Positions 1 through 11,973 of a stretch of DNA of 64,000 nucleotides are shown here, in pieces (position 1 is the first letter of the stretch; every line of letters begins with the position of its first letter). Where the stretch lies: NCBI GenBank assembly GCA_977017645.1, contig OZ360232.1, positions 112,468,001 to 112,532,000 on the forward strand, written 5' to 3'. Source of the DNA: Torpedo marmorata (lineage: Eukaryota). The notes beneath the pieces were generated by a model. That model ran no database searches and was not told where the DNA came from. It was given only the letters and a program-made list of their open reading frames with translations. The position numbers were made by a program, and so were the translations under genes.

Positions 1-666
1 TCAGCTATACTGGATATTAGTTTGCAACCTAACCCATTGACTGCTCTTTTTGGAATTATAGTTTCTGAAGTGGGACGAGTTCCCACTTCCACACGTCGGG
101 TTGTAGCCTTTTCTACATTGTTGGCTAGAAGAGCTATTTTATTTAAATGGAAAGATTCTAATCCACCTACTTTGGCTCAATGGTTCTCTCAAATTATGTC
201 ATGTTTAACTTTAGAGAAAGTTAGGAGTCGTACATTTGATACTTCTGTTAAATTTAAAGAGACTTGGTGACCTTTTATAAATTATTTCCACATGACCTAG
301 TTAGTATAATTATTTTCCATTCCGGACTATATTTAATTTTTATTTTCTTTCTCTTTGTTGGTGAAGTCCAGACGATTAATTTTATTAATAAATTCTCAGG
401 ATAGGCTGCCCAGTCTTTTTTTTTTGTTTTTGTTTTGTTTGTTTTTTTAGATTAGGTGGGGTTCTATATAATAAAACAAAATCTTTTTTTTTGGGAAGAT
501 TTCAGTTTGAGGAGTTGAGAACATATTCGTTAATTGTGGTGTAATGCAATATGTTATATCATATGATGTCATATAGTGATTTTTTTTTTCTTCTTGATTA
601 TGTCCTCCCACTCTCCTCATGTATTGTTTACCTAAAATATGATTAATAAAAAGATTTAAAAAGAAA
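1..666 (+). mobile_element. L1-clade LINE 3' end (ORF2 C-terminus, T-rich 3'UTR, A-rich tail)
   Basis: ORF 22-270 reads ALFGI...LLARRAILFKWKDSNPPTLAQW...LTLEK, typical of a vertebrate L1 ORF2 C-terminus. AATAAA plus A-rich tail at about 645-666. Confidence 0.8.
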
Positions 667-1940
667 GATATATTGGTTCAGAAAACTTTCCTGAACACAT
701 TTGACAAGCTCCAAGCCATCCAGCACTTTTACAGTATGAGAGTCCCAGTCAATATGTGGAAAATTAAAATCCCCTACAATCACAACCTTATGTTTCCTGC
801 AGCTGTCTGCTATCTCTCTACAGATTTGCTCCTCCAATTCTCGTTGACTATTGGGTGGTCTATAATACAACCCCATGAGTGTGGTCATACCTTTTGCGTT
901 CCTCAGCTCCACCCATATAGCCTCAGTACACGAGCCCTCTGGTCTGTCCTGCCTGAGCACAGCTGTGATATTTTCCTTGATGAGCAATGCCACTCCTTCC
1001 CCATTCATCTCCCCCACCCCTCGTTCTATTGCGTCTAAAGCAATGGAAGCCCGGAACATTGAGCTGCCAGTCCTGCCTCTCCTGCAACCAAGTTTCACTA
1101 ATTGCCACAATGTCATAATTCCACGTGCCAATCCACGCTCTAAGCTCGACTGCCTTTCCTACAATATTCCTCGCATTGAAATAGATGCACCTGAGAACAT
1201 TTCCACCACGTTCAACCCGTTGATGTCTAACGGTGCATGCAATTTTCACATCATCTTTTCCCTCCTCCATTCCTCCATCTGTTCTGGCACTGGTTCCCCT
1301 CCCCCTGCAAATCTAGTTTAAATCCACTGGAACAGCATTAGCAAACCTGCCCGCAAGGTAATAGTCCCCCTCCAGTTCAGATGCAAACCATCCTATCAGA
1401 ACAGGTCCCACCTTCCCTGAATGAGAGCCCAATGATCTAGAAACCTGAAGCCCTCACTCGTACACCATGTCTTTAGCCATGTGTTAAGCTGCTTTATCCT
1501 CCTATTTCTAACCTCACCAGCATGTGGCAATCCTGAGATCTCTACCCTGGAGGTCCTTTCCTTCAACCTAGCGCCTAACTCCCTGAACTCTCCTTGCAGG
1601 ACCTCCTCACCCTTCCTACCCACGTCATTGGTCCCTACATGGACCACGACATCTGACTGCTCACCCTCCCTCCTGAGAATGCCGTGAACTCGATCTGAGA
1701 TATCTCGGACCCTGGCACCAGGGAGGCAACACACCATCAGGGATACTCGATCTCCTCCAGAGAACCTCTTATCTGTCCCCCTAACTATGGAATCCCCTAT
1801 CACTACAGCTCGCCTCTTCTCCTCCCTTCCCTTCTTAGCCACAGGATCAGACTCCGTGCCAGAGACCTGATCACTGTGGCTTGTCCCTGGTAGGTCGTCC
1901 CCCTCAACAGTATCCAAAATGGTATACTTGTTATTCAGGG
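667..1940 (-). mobile_element. CR1 LINE 5' fragment: ORF1 SGNH/GDSL esterase and frameshifted ORF2 APE endonuclease
   Basis: 1396-1917 has VVIGDSIVR and VHVGTND (esterase). 923-1270 has YFNARNIVGK...AISETW and 643-1131 has YYRPP...VGDFNFP (endonuclease). Confidence 0.9.
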
Positions 1941-2357
1941 GAAAATTCTCTCCCTAGTTCCCATTTGCTCTTAATATACATACAATCTCTCAAGGATTTT
2001 CCTTTATCATATCTGCCAGAGCTATTTCATGTCCTCTTTTTGTCCTCCTGGTTTCCCTCTTAAGTGCACTCTGACATCTCATACTTAAGGGATTTGCCTG
2101 GTCCCAGCTGCCTATCCCTGACATATTCCTCCTTTTTCCTAACCAGTGTCTTAACATCCCTCATTCACCAGGGACATGAGGCTAGATTTTCAATGTTAAC
2201 CAGTGTCCCATGTGGGAAGTGCGTCAGTTTGACCTTGAAGTACTGTGCAGTACGCCAACTGCTACGAATGGTCACCCGAGGCCTGAACTTGCTTAGTCTG
2301 GAATCTGGAAGCCTTGTTTGCAGATCCAAAGAGACCTTGAACCCAGTGGCAAAGCTG

Positions 2358-2761
2358 GAGTGACTGCAAGTGTCCCGAGTGGCTGCAAGTGTCCCGAGTG
2401 GCTGCAAGTGTCCCGAGTGGCTGCAAGTGTCCCGAGTGGCTGCAAGTGTCCCGAGTGGCTGCAAGTATCCTGAGTGGCTGCAAGTGTCCTGAGTGGCTGC
2501 AAGTGTCCTGAGTGGCTGCAAGTGTCCCGAGTGGCTGCAAGTGTCCCGAGTGGCTGCAAGTGTCCCGAGTGGCTGCAAGTGTCCCGAGTGGCTGCAAGTG
2601 TCCCGAGTGGCTGCAAGTATCCTGAGTGGCTGCAAGTGTCCTGAGTGGCTGCAAGTGTCCTGAGTGGCTGCAAGTGTCCCGAGTGGCTGCAAGTGTCCCG
2701 AGTGGCTGCAAGTGTCCCGAGTGGCTGCAAGTGTCCTGAGTGGCTGCAAGTGTCCTGAGTG
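2358..2761. repeat. 19-bp minisatellite (GAGTGGCTGCAAGTGTCCY), 21 units
   Basis: Tandem units counted directly. It explains the repetitive ORFs at 2165-2814. Confidence 0.97.
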
Positions 2762-3028
2762 ATGTACAGCATTAGCCCCACTTTGAAATCTGTGATGACT
2801 TCACAAGCCGGCAAAGTTCTGCCCCCAACATTGAGCTGCAGCCACAGCGAAGATTGAGGTTTTTGATGCCTTCACAGCCAGCAGCAGGACATGGTTCCAC
2901 AACACGCACGCGGCAACAATTCCCCTTGTGTTGCGTAGCCTCGACCTCAGCATTCAGCAAACAATTACTCTTTGGTGAGGTCTCTTCTGTGCACAATAAC
3001 TTTTTTCCCAAGACTTAAATTATTATCC

Positions 3029-3404
3029 TGTGGCGGCCCGCCACCGCGGAGACCGAGCCGGCACATCGCGCAGCGTGCGCGGTAGTAAACAGCGGCATAA
3101 CACACTGTAACGCGACCCTTAGCATAGCGAACCGGCGCGGTTGAAAGCTGGAGCAGTACAAGACCAGCAGCCCTAAAATGTCGCTGGCCAAGCTGCCCAG
3201 CTAACAGATCAATACCAGGCTGGGGAAGAAGGGTATTCATATGCAAGAACGTTCCCGCCCACTATTGTTATTCGTGCGGCTGATGTCAACCAATCAACGA
3301 AACGGCGGGAACTCCAACTGTATAAAAGAAGCATTTCCAGCCTCAATAAAAGAGCTTAACCTTCCACACTGTGTGTGTGTGTTTCTTCGTAGCAGTCGGC
3401 TACA
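3029..3404 (+). repeat. 5' LTR of Gypsy element 1
   Basis: Direct repeat of 7162-7532; contains TATAAAA and AATAAA. Confidence 0.95.
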
Positions 3405-3405
3405 A

Positions 3406-3417
3406 TGGTGACCCCGA
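3406..3417 (+). promoter_or_regulatory. Primer-binding site, tRNA-Trp
   Basis: TGGTGACCCCGA, 1 nt after the LTR, is complementary to the 3' end of vertebrate tRNA-Trp (...UCGGGGUCACCA). Confidence 0.85.
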
Positions 3418-3444
3418 TGGTTTAGACGGCATCTAAACCCAGCG

Positions 3445-4123
3445 ATGGATAGCGAAGCAGCGATCAGCGCAGTCGGCCTCAAGCTCCCGACCTTCTGGAC
3501 AGTTCGACCCGGCGTGTGGTTCGACCAGGCTGAGGCTCAGTTCCAGATTCGGGGCATCACAGCTGAGACCACACGCTACTACCATGTGGTCAGCGCTCTG
3601 GATCCAGAGACTGCAGACAGGGTGGCCAACTTCATCCAGAGGCCACCATCGGATGGCACTTACACTGCCTTCAAAGAGCTATTGACTGAGACCTTCGGGC
3701 TCTCGCGGCGAGAGAGGGGCACGGCTGCTCCACCTGGATGGGCTAGGGGACAGATCCCCATCAGCGCTCATGAACGAGATGCTAGCCCTCCTGGGAGACC
3801 ACGAGCCCTGCGTCATGTTCGAGCAGGCGTTCTTGGAGCAGCTGCCCGAGGACATCCAACTGCTCCTGGCTGACGCAGATTTCAGCAACCCCCGGAAAGT
3901 CGCAGCACGGGCAAATATTCTGTGGAAGCAGAAACAGAAGTGCTCGGCTACCGTGGGGATCGTCACGAAGTCTCGCAACCAGACCAAGGCAGGCCCTGGA
4001 AAGGAGCGGCAGGGACGAGTCCAAGGAGAGATGGTGCTTCTACCACCAAGATGGGGCTCCGAGGCCCGCTAATGCCGGTCGCCCTGCGAGTTCCAGGGAA
4101 ACGACAAGGCTAGCCATCACTGA
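3445..4123 (+). pseudogene. gag of Gypsy element 1 (frameshifted)
   Basis: KLPTFW...WFDQAEAQF...FLEQLPEDIQ is split across ORFs 3445-3873 and 3770-4072. The C-terminal CHCC-type motif is disrupted. Confidence 0.85.
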
Positions 4124-4129
4124 TGGCTG

Positions 4130-7100
4130 ATGATGGCGGCTGGCCATCGAGAGAGCCTCCTGTACGTATGGGATCGCCTTTCTGGTAGACGATTCTTGGT
4201 GGATACAGGAGCGGAGGTCAGCGTGATGCCCCCGACAGGTTTGGACACTAGATGCAGGCAAGCAGGCCGCACGTTGAGGGCTGCCAACAACAGCAGCATA
4301 CGGACTTATGGCAAGTGTAGGGCCGAGCTGCAGTTTGAAGGCAGTCACTTCTCGTGGGAGTTAACGCTGGCCGCAGTGGAACAGCCACTCCTCGGAGCGG
4401 ACTTCCTGCGGGCCCACAGCCTCCTAGTGGACCTCAAGGGCAAGAGACTCATGCACGCGGAAACGTTCTAAACCTTCGCACTGAGGGGCGACGGGCTCCC
4501 GGCACTGCACCTGGACTCCATCCACAGCTTGGACGATGAGTTCTCCAAAGCGCTGGCCGAGTTCCTGGCAATCCTTTCCCCTCAGTTCATGGTGGAGGTG
4601 CCCCGACACGGCATCAGGCATCACATCCTTACCAAGGGTTCACCTCTCCATGCAAGGGCGAGACGACTTCCCCCGGAGAAGCTTCAACTGACCAAGGAGG
4701 AGTTCCGCAAGCTCGAGGAGTTAGGAATCATTCGGTGGTCGGACAGTCCATGGGCTTCTCCCCTGCACAACATCTGGGGGCTGGAGACTGTGCGGCGACT
4801 ACCGCCGGCTTAACGAGGCCACCACTTTAGATCGTTACCCCGTGCCGCATATCCAGGACTTTGCGGCAAACCTGCACGGAGCGACGATCTTCTCCAAAGT
4901 GGACTTGGTGTGAGGGTACCACCAAATCGCGGTGCACCCTGACGACATCCCCAAGACGGCCATCATCACTCCATTCGGGCTGTTCGAGTTCCTGAGGATG
5001 CCATTCGGGCTCAAGAACGTGGCACAGACCTTCCAGCGACTGATGGACGCAGTGGGCCGAGACCTGGACGGCACCTTCGTCTACTTAGACGATATTCTGG
5101 TGGCGAGCAGAACCCGGCAGGAACATCTACAACACCTCCAAAGCCTCTACAGTCGCCTACGTGAGTTCGGCCTTACTATCAACCTGGCTAAATGCCAGTT
5201 CAGGCTGAGCACGATTGACTTCCTGGGCCACAGGATTACCAAATGCGGGGCCACACCACTACCCAGCAAGGTGGAGGCTATTCGCAACTTCCCGAGGCCC
5301 AGTACGACCAAAGGACTGCAGGAGTTCGTGGGGATGGTCAACTTTTATTGCAGATTCATCCCCGCAGCTACTCGAACCATGCGCCCACTCTTCACCCTGA
5401 TGACCGGCAAGGCGAAGGACTTGACCTGGGACGATGACTCTGCACGAGCATTCGTGGAAGCGAAGGAAGCCCTGGCTAATGCTGCACTCCTGGCCCACCC
5501 CAGGTCAAACGCACCCACAGCCCTCACGGTGGATGCCTCAGGAACGGCGATTGGTGGAGTTCTGGAGCAGCAGATAGAAGGAAGTTAGCGTCCACTAGCT
5601 TTCTTCAGCAAACATCTGCGGCCCCCTGAGCTAAAGTACAGTGCTTTCGACAGAGAGCTACTGCCGCTGTACTTAGCCATCCGCCACTTCCGGTACTTCC
5701 TAGAGGGAAGGGCTATCATGGACCACAAGCCACTGACGTTCGCCCTGGCCAAGATCTCCGATCCCTGGTCAGCCCGCCAGCAGAGACACTTGTCTTACGT
5801 CTCGGAGTACACCAGCGACGTAAGGCACATCTCGGGAAAAAACAACGTGGTCGCGGACGCCTTGTCGAGACAGAGCATCCACTCTCTGGATAACGGACTA
5901 GATTTCGTGGCACTGGCAGAGGCACAGCAGCAGGACGACGAGATGCCTCAGTACAGGACCGCCGTCACGGGGCTGCAGCTTCAGGACATCCCAGTCGGCA
6001 CAGGCAACACTACCCTCCTGTGTGACGTGGCCATTGGGCAGGTTCGACCTATCGTCCCAACGGCATGGAGGCGATGAGTTTTCGACTCCATCCACGGGCT
6101 GGCACATCCATCAATCAGGACGACGGTCCGGTTGGTGGCCAGCAAGTACGCGTGGCATGGATTGCGGAAGCAAGTCAGCGGGTGGGCCAAGACATGCACA
6201 CAGTGCCAAACAGCCAAGGTACAGCGGCACACCAAGGTCCCCCCGCAGCCTTTCGAGCCAATAGAGCGAAGGTTTGTCCACATTCACATAGACATAGTGG
6301 GACCCATACCAGTCTCACAGGGTTTCCGCTACCTGTTCACGGTGGTCGACCGTTTCACCCGGTGGCCAGAAGCAATTCCCCTGGCCGACACATCCACCAG
6401 GTCCTGCGCCAAGGCACTTGTCTCGTCCTGGGTAGCAAGGTTCGGGCTACCACGCCACATAACCTCCGACAGAGGCTCACAATTTACCTCCAGCCTGTGG
6501 ACCGACGTTGCCAACCTGTGGGGCGCTCAGCTACACCACACAACAGCATACCACCCTAACGGGCTGGTTGAGCGCTTCCACAGGCACCTCAAGGCCGCCC
6601 TTATGACCAGACTCAAGGGCCCCAACTGGGTTGACAAACTGCCATGGGCACTGCTGGGGATTTGTACAGCCCCGAAGGAAGACCTCCACACATCCTCCGC
6701 CGAGCTCGTCTATGGAGCTCCACTCATGGTCCCCGGGGATTTTGTCCCACCGGCCAGAGGTCAACAGAAGGATACAACCACCTTCCTGGACAGGCTGCGG
6801 GAAAAGGTCGGTAACCTGGCTCCGACCCCACCCTCCAGACACGGGCAAGCCAAGTTCAACATCCCTAAAGAACTCCAAGACTGTGAGTATGTGTTCGTAC
6901 GCAGAGGGCCACACCGTCCACCACTACAGAAGCCCTAGGAAGGCCCCTTCCGAGTCGTCTGGAACAACGGGGCCACCTTCAAACTGGACATCGGTGGCAA
7001 ACTAGAGGTCTTCACTGCAGACAGACTCAAGCCGGCACGCACAGACCCGACACAACCCGTGGAGTCGCCAGCACCTCGGAGCAGAGGCAGACCACCAAAG

Positions 7101-7135
7101 ACATTGGGCACTGCATCCACGGATACTATGAACTG
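4130..7135 (+). pseudogene. pol of Gypsy element 1 (PR, RT, RNase H, integrase; disrupted)
   Basis: FLVDTGAE (4130-4471), RMPFGL and YLDDILV (4932-5588), DHKPL and NVVADALSR (5718-6077), HIDIVGP...SDRGSQF...GLVERFH (6132-6938). Confidence 0.93.
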
Positions 7136-7161
7136 TAGCGCCGGTTCTGGGGGGTGGGTCA

Positions 7162-7532
7162 TGTGGCGGCCCGCCACCGTGGAGATCGAGCCGGCACATC
7201 GCGCGGTAGTAAACAGCGGCATAACACACTGTAATGCGACCCTTAGCATAGCGAACCGGCGCGGTTGAAAGCTGGAGCAGTACAAGACCAGCAGCCCTAA
7301 AATGGCGCTGGCCAAGCTGCCCAGCTGACAGGTCAATACCAGGCTGGGGAAGAAGGGTATTCATATGCAAGAATGTTCCCACCCACTATTGTTATTCATG
7401 CGGCTGATGTCAACCAATCAACCAAACGGCAGGAACTCCAACTGTATAAAAGAAGCATTTCCAGCCTCAATAAAGGAGAAAGCTTAACCTTCCACACTGT
7501 GTGTGTGTGTTTCTTCGTAGCAGTCGGCTACA
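7162..7532 (+). repeat. 3' LTR of Gypsy element 1
   Basis: Matches the 5' LTR with about a dozen substitutions (by eye, many at CpG) and small indels. Confidence 0.95.
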
Positions 7533-8319
7533 ATCCACACATTTATTACCTGAAGGTTTTACTTCTACATTGCTGCGAAATAACTTGGTCCTAAACATTT
7601 TGGCTTGTACACCCTTCATCCACTACCTTTCTACACCACAGTCCTTGGTAAGCACCGTTAGCTCCTTGTGCTCCAGATACTGGAAACCTTGTTCCAATAC
7701 CAGTGACTTTGTCAGTCTTATTACAAGCATGCTCTCAATCTGCTGATCCTGATCTCTTGCTCTTCTACTTGCAGTTGCTCCTTCAGAAAGTGGTCCCAAA
7801 CAGTATTGCATGGTCATAGCCCATATTTGAGTTAAAAAGCTCCAGAAACTTCTTCAGGAAGCAAATGTTATTATATCATTTTAAGATGTTTTTAAACTAG
7901 ATGGCTGCATGTAATTAAATGCTTAATGCCTGGAATGCAGATAAAAACAGGCGTTAGACATTAACAATGTGTATTAATATCTAATGGAATGTGACATTGG
8001 CATCTAAATCATGTTACTCTGCAGTGCATGGGATTGATATGTTTACAGTGAACCAGCCCAAACGAAACTGTTAACTAAATACAGCAAATTGATCTGATTA
8101 AAACACTTGAAAGAAATTCTAAGTGCTCTTTTGATAATGATGAGGGTTGGGGAGGGGAGGGAGGGAGGGGGGGGGTGAAAATGTATCACATGTAATTTGA
8201 TAATTTTGCATTTTAAACTATGTACTGTGTGATTTAAAATTTTTAAATAAAATATTTAAAAAAAAGATAATGATGAGTTTGTTTCCCTGATGCAAGATCA
8301 CCTACTTTGTGGATAATGT

Positions 8320-9228
8320 ACATAGAACCATAGAGCATCCATTACAGCACAGAAACAGGCTCTTCGGCCCTTCTATTCTGTGCTGAACTATTATTCTGAC
8401 CAGTCCCACTGACCTGCACCCAGTCCATATCCCTCCATACCTCTCCCATCTATGTACCTGTCCAAATTTTTCTTAAATGTTAAAATTGAGCCCGCATTCA
8501 CCACCTCAGCTGACAGCTTGTTCCACACTCCCACCACTCTGTATGAGGAAATTCCCCCTCACGTTCCCCCTAAACTTTTCCCCTTTCACCCTCAATCTGC
8601 ATCCTCTAGTTTGCATCTCACCTACCTTCAGTGGAAAAGGCCTTCTTGCATTTAATCTATCTATACCCCCATACTTCTATCAAATCTCCCCTCATTCTTC
8701 TACGCTCCAGGGAATAAAGTCCTAACCTGTTTAAACTTTCCCTGTAACTCAGTTCCTGAAGTCCGGGCAACATCCTAGTTATTCCTCTCTGCACACTTTC
8801 AATCGTATTGATATCTTTCCTGTAGTTAGGTGACTAAAACTGCACACAATACTCCAATTTTAGCCTCACCAATGACATACAACTTTACCATAACATCCCA
8901 ACTCCTATACTCAATACTTTGATTTATGAAGGCCAATATACCAAAAGCTCTCTTTACAACTCTATCCACCAGTGACGCCACTTTCAGGGAATTATGTATT
9001 TGTATTCCCAGGTCCCTCTGTTCTACCGCAGTCCTCATTCACTACAGGCCTACCATTCACCGTGTATGTCCTTTCTTGGTTTGTCCTTCCAAAATGCAAC
9101 ACCTCACACTTGTCTGCATTAAATTCCATCTGCTATTTTGCAGCCCATTTTTCCAGCTGGTCCAGATCCCTCTGCAAGCTTTGAAAGCCTTCCTCACTGT
9201 CCACTACAGTTCAAATCTTTGTGACATC
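8320..9228 (-). mobile_element. CR1 LINE 3' fragment
   Basis: Minus-strand ORF 8826-9038 EQRDLGIQIHNSLK...KRAFGILAFI; CR1-type 3' tail. Confidence 0.85.
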
Positions 9229-9502
9229 TTCCAACATGCCATCCTTCCACGTAATTCTTGTATTTTTTGCTTTCTGGATTTCTCAAGCACAACCAATATT
9301 AACCCAGGCATTTTGGAATTTAGTACTTCAGACCATCAGTTCATTTTTTTCTGTTAAATGAACTTTCCTCAACTGAAATGTGTTTTTATACAACATCCCA
9401 TTACATTAACAACTAGCATGTAATAAATTGCACCCAACCTCAATAATCTTTATTTGGATAGCCCCTTTAATAAAGGAAAATGTTTTAAGTTGTTTCACAG
9501 CA

Positions 9503-9650
9503 GTTCTACCCGTGTCTGCGTGGGTTTCCTCTGGGTGATCCGGTTTTCTCCCACCGTCAAAACGTACCGGTGGTGTAGGTCAATTGGGTATAATTTGATG
9601 GCACGGCGTTGTGGGCCTGTTACCGTGATGTATGTCTGTATGTGTATGTC
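9503..9650 (+). mobile_element. Partial V-SINE/HE1-type SINE
   Basis: V-domain GTGTCTGCGTGGGTTTCCTC...CCGGTTT and the same tail as the other copies. Confidence 0.75.
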
Positions 9651-9717
9651 TAATGTCATAGGGATCTGGTTCGATGAGAGAGATTGTTTTTAATCACATG
9701 TATGTAATGAGGCTGTT

Positions 9718-10420
9718 AAGTCAAGTTCATTGTCATCTGATTGTACAAGTACAACCCGACGAAACAGTGTTCTCCGTTTCTCGCTGCATAACACGCAGAC
9801 ACACAACCAGACATAACACACATACAGACAAACAATACATATGCAGAACAGTATTCATATATACAAATAAATAAATAAATAAAGTTTATTAAATAGTAGT
9901 GTCTCGGATGGTTAGTGTGAGCAGTTCCTTTGGTCGTTCAGCATTCTCACTGCCCGTGGGAAGAAACTGTTCCTCAGCCTGGTGGTGCTGGCTCTGATAC
10001 TTCTGTATCTCTTTCCCAACGGGAGCAGCTGAAAGATGCCGTGTGCGGGGTGGAAGGGGTCCTCGATGATTTTGCGCGCCCTCTTCAAACAACAATCCTG
10101 GTAGATCACGTCGATGGGGGGGGGGGGGGGGGTGGGAGGGAGACTCCAGTGATTCTCTCTGCTGCTCTTATGGTCCTGTGGATTGACCACTGATCCATTT
10201 CTCTGCAGTAACTGTACCAGACTGTGATGCAGCCAGCCAGGACGCCCTCGATAGAGCTCCTATAGAAGGTTGACATAATGGTGGCTGGTAGCCTTGCCCC
10301 CTTCAGTCTTCTCAGGAAGTGCAGTCGCTGTTGCGCCTTCCTGACAAGTGAGGAGATGTTGAGTGTCCACGATAGGTCACTAGTTAAGTGAACTCCAAGG
10401 AACTTGGTACTCTTCACTCC
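9718..10420 (-). mobile_element. Rex1/Babar LINE 3' fragment
   Basis: KFLGVHLTSDLSW...KAQQRLHFLRRL, HPAHGIFQLLPLGKRYRS; short tandem (TTGAC) tail. Confidence 0.88.
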
Positions 10421-10769
10421 ACTTAAACATGGCTATATAACCAATAAATCAGATCCAAACTCTGCATTCCTCCCACATCAACATGTGAATGACAGACAGT
10501 TAATAAACAGATAGAGGCAGACTCATGAATATCCCAATTCTCAAAGATAGAGGAGCATAAACATAAACCTGAAGCATTGTTAAGACATCTTCAGCCAGAA
10601 CTACTGACTGGATCATCTATCACAGCCTCTAAGATTTCTTTCATTGCATAAGTCCATTTTCAGCCATTTTATTAATTCTAAGTGGCATTAGGAAATGGTT
10701 AAAAATCACTGGATTCATCTAAGCTTATTGGTCTGTACAAAATTTTACTGAAAGCTCTTCTTAGGAACT

Positions 10770-11600
10770 GGTCGCAGATGATACAAAGATTGGAAGTATT
10801 GTGGATACTGTGGAAAGTTGTCGAAGGTTACAACAGGATGCAGAGTTGGGCAGAGAAGTGGCAGATGGAGTTCAATCCAGATGTGAGGTGATGCACTTTT
10901 GAAGCGGAGTATGTGGTTAACAGCAGGATTATTCACAGTGTGGAGGAATAGAGAGATGTTGGGGTCAAAGTTGCTGTGCAAGTTTGTAGGGTGGTTAAGA
11001 AGGTATATGGTGTGTTGGCCTTCATTAGTCAGGGGCTTGAGTTCAAGAGCTGTGAGGTAATGTTGCAGCTCTATAAAGCTCCAGTTCGACCACACTTGGA
11101 GTATTGCGTTCAGTTCTGGTCACCTCATTGCAGGAAGGATGTAGATGCTTTGAAGAGGGTGCAGAGGAGATTTACCAGGGTGTTGGATGGATTGGAGAAC
11201 ATGTCATAGGAAGCAAGGCTGAGAGCTAGGACTTTTCTCTTTCGAGTAATGAAGGGTGAGAGTTGTAAATAGAGATTTATAGGTTTATGAGGGGCTTAGA
11301 TAGGGTAGACAGCCAGCACCTTTTTCTGGGGCAACACAGAAAATACCAGAGCACATTGGTTTAAGGAGAGTGGAGGGAGATGTCAGAGGCAAATTATTTA
11401 CTCAGAGAGGGGTGGGTGCCTGTAATACATTGCGGGGGTGGTGGTGGAGGCTGTTACAAGAGGGACATTCAAAAAGATGCAAGGAAAATAGAGGGTTATG
11501 GGTGTGAAGGAGGGAAAATCAATTGTTGTGGAGTAGGGTTGCATTGCTCAGCACAACATCGTGGGCTGCGGGCCTGTACTGTGCTGTAATGTTCTATGGT
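10770..11600 (+). mobile_element. CR1 LINE 3' fragment
   Basis: LYKAPVRPHLEYCVQFWSPH...RVQRRFTR; ends in TTCTATG-type tail. Confidence 0.88.
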
Positions 11601-11718
11601 CACGTATCTTGCCAAACCCTTCCAGCAGCGTTATAATAAATACTGACATCTATCCAACAAAGTATAAAGTTGCCCAAGTTTGGATCATCCATAAAAATCA
11701 GAACAAATTCAATGTCAA

Positions 11719-11973
11719 GGTGGCACGGTTGGTGTAGCGGTTAGTGCAACGCTGTTACAGCGCCAGTGATCGGGACCTGGGTTCGAAACCCACGCTGTCT
11801 GTAAGGAGTTTGTACGTTCTCCCTGTGTCTGTGTGGGTTTTCCCCGGGGGCTCCGGTTTCCTCCTACCCTTCCAAAACGTACCGGGGGTTGTAGGTCAAT
11901 TGGGTGTAATTGGGCGGCACGGTCTCGTGGGCCGAAAGGGCCTGTTACCGTGCTGTATGTCTAAATTCAAAAT
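11719..11973 (+). mobile_element. tRNA-derived V-SINE (HE1-like), full length
   Basis: Pol III A box TGGTGTAGCGG, B box GGTTCGAAACC, V-domain, CR1-like tail. Confidence 0.88.

Larger units (their letters stand above)
3029..7532 (+). mobile_element. Full-length, defective Ty3/Gypsy LTR retrotransposon, CsRn1-like clade
   Basis: LTRs at 3029-3404 and 7162-7532 (TG...CA), 4-bp TSD ATCC (3025-3028, 7533-7536), PBS TGGTGACCCCGA, PPT about 7149-7161. Domain order is gag-PR(DTG)-RT(YLDD)-RH-IN, with several stops and frameshifts. Confidence 0.97.

Noticed and set aside
2165-2814. Repetitive ORFs (HSGHLQPLGTLAATRDTCS)n
   Set aside because: These are translations of the 19-bp minisatellite.
2960-3010. 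Kinase-like VHRRDLTK / NCLL on the minus strand
   Set aside because: It needs indels to form an HRD motif, and there is no DFG or other kinase subdomain nearby.
11719-11800. tRNA gene
   Set aside because: The A/B boxes belong to the tRNA-derived head of a multi-copy SINE.
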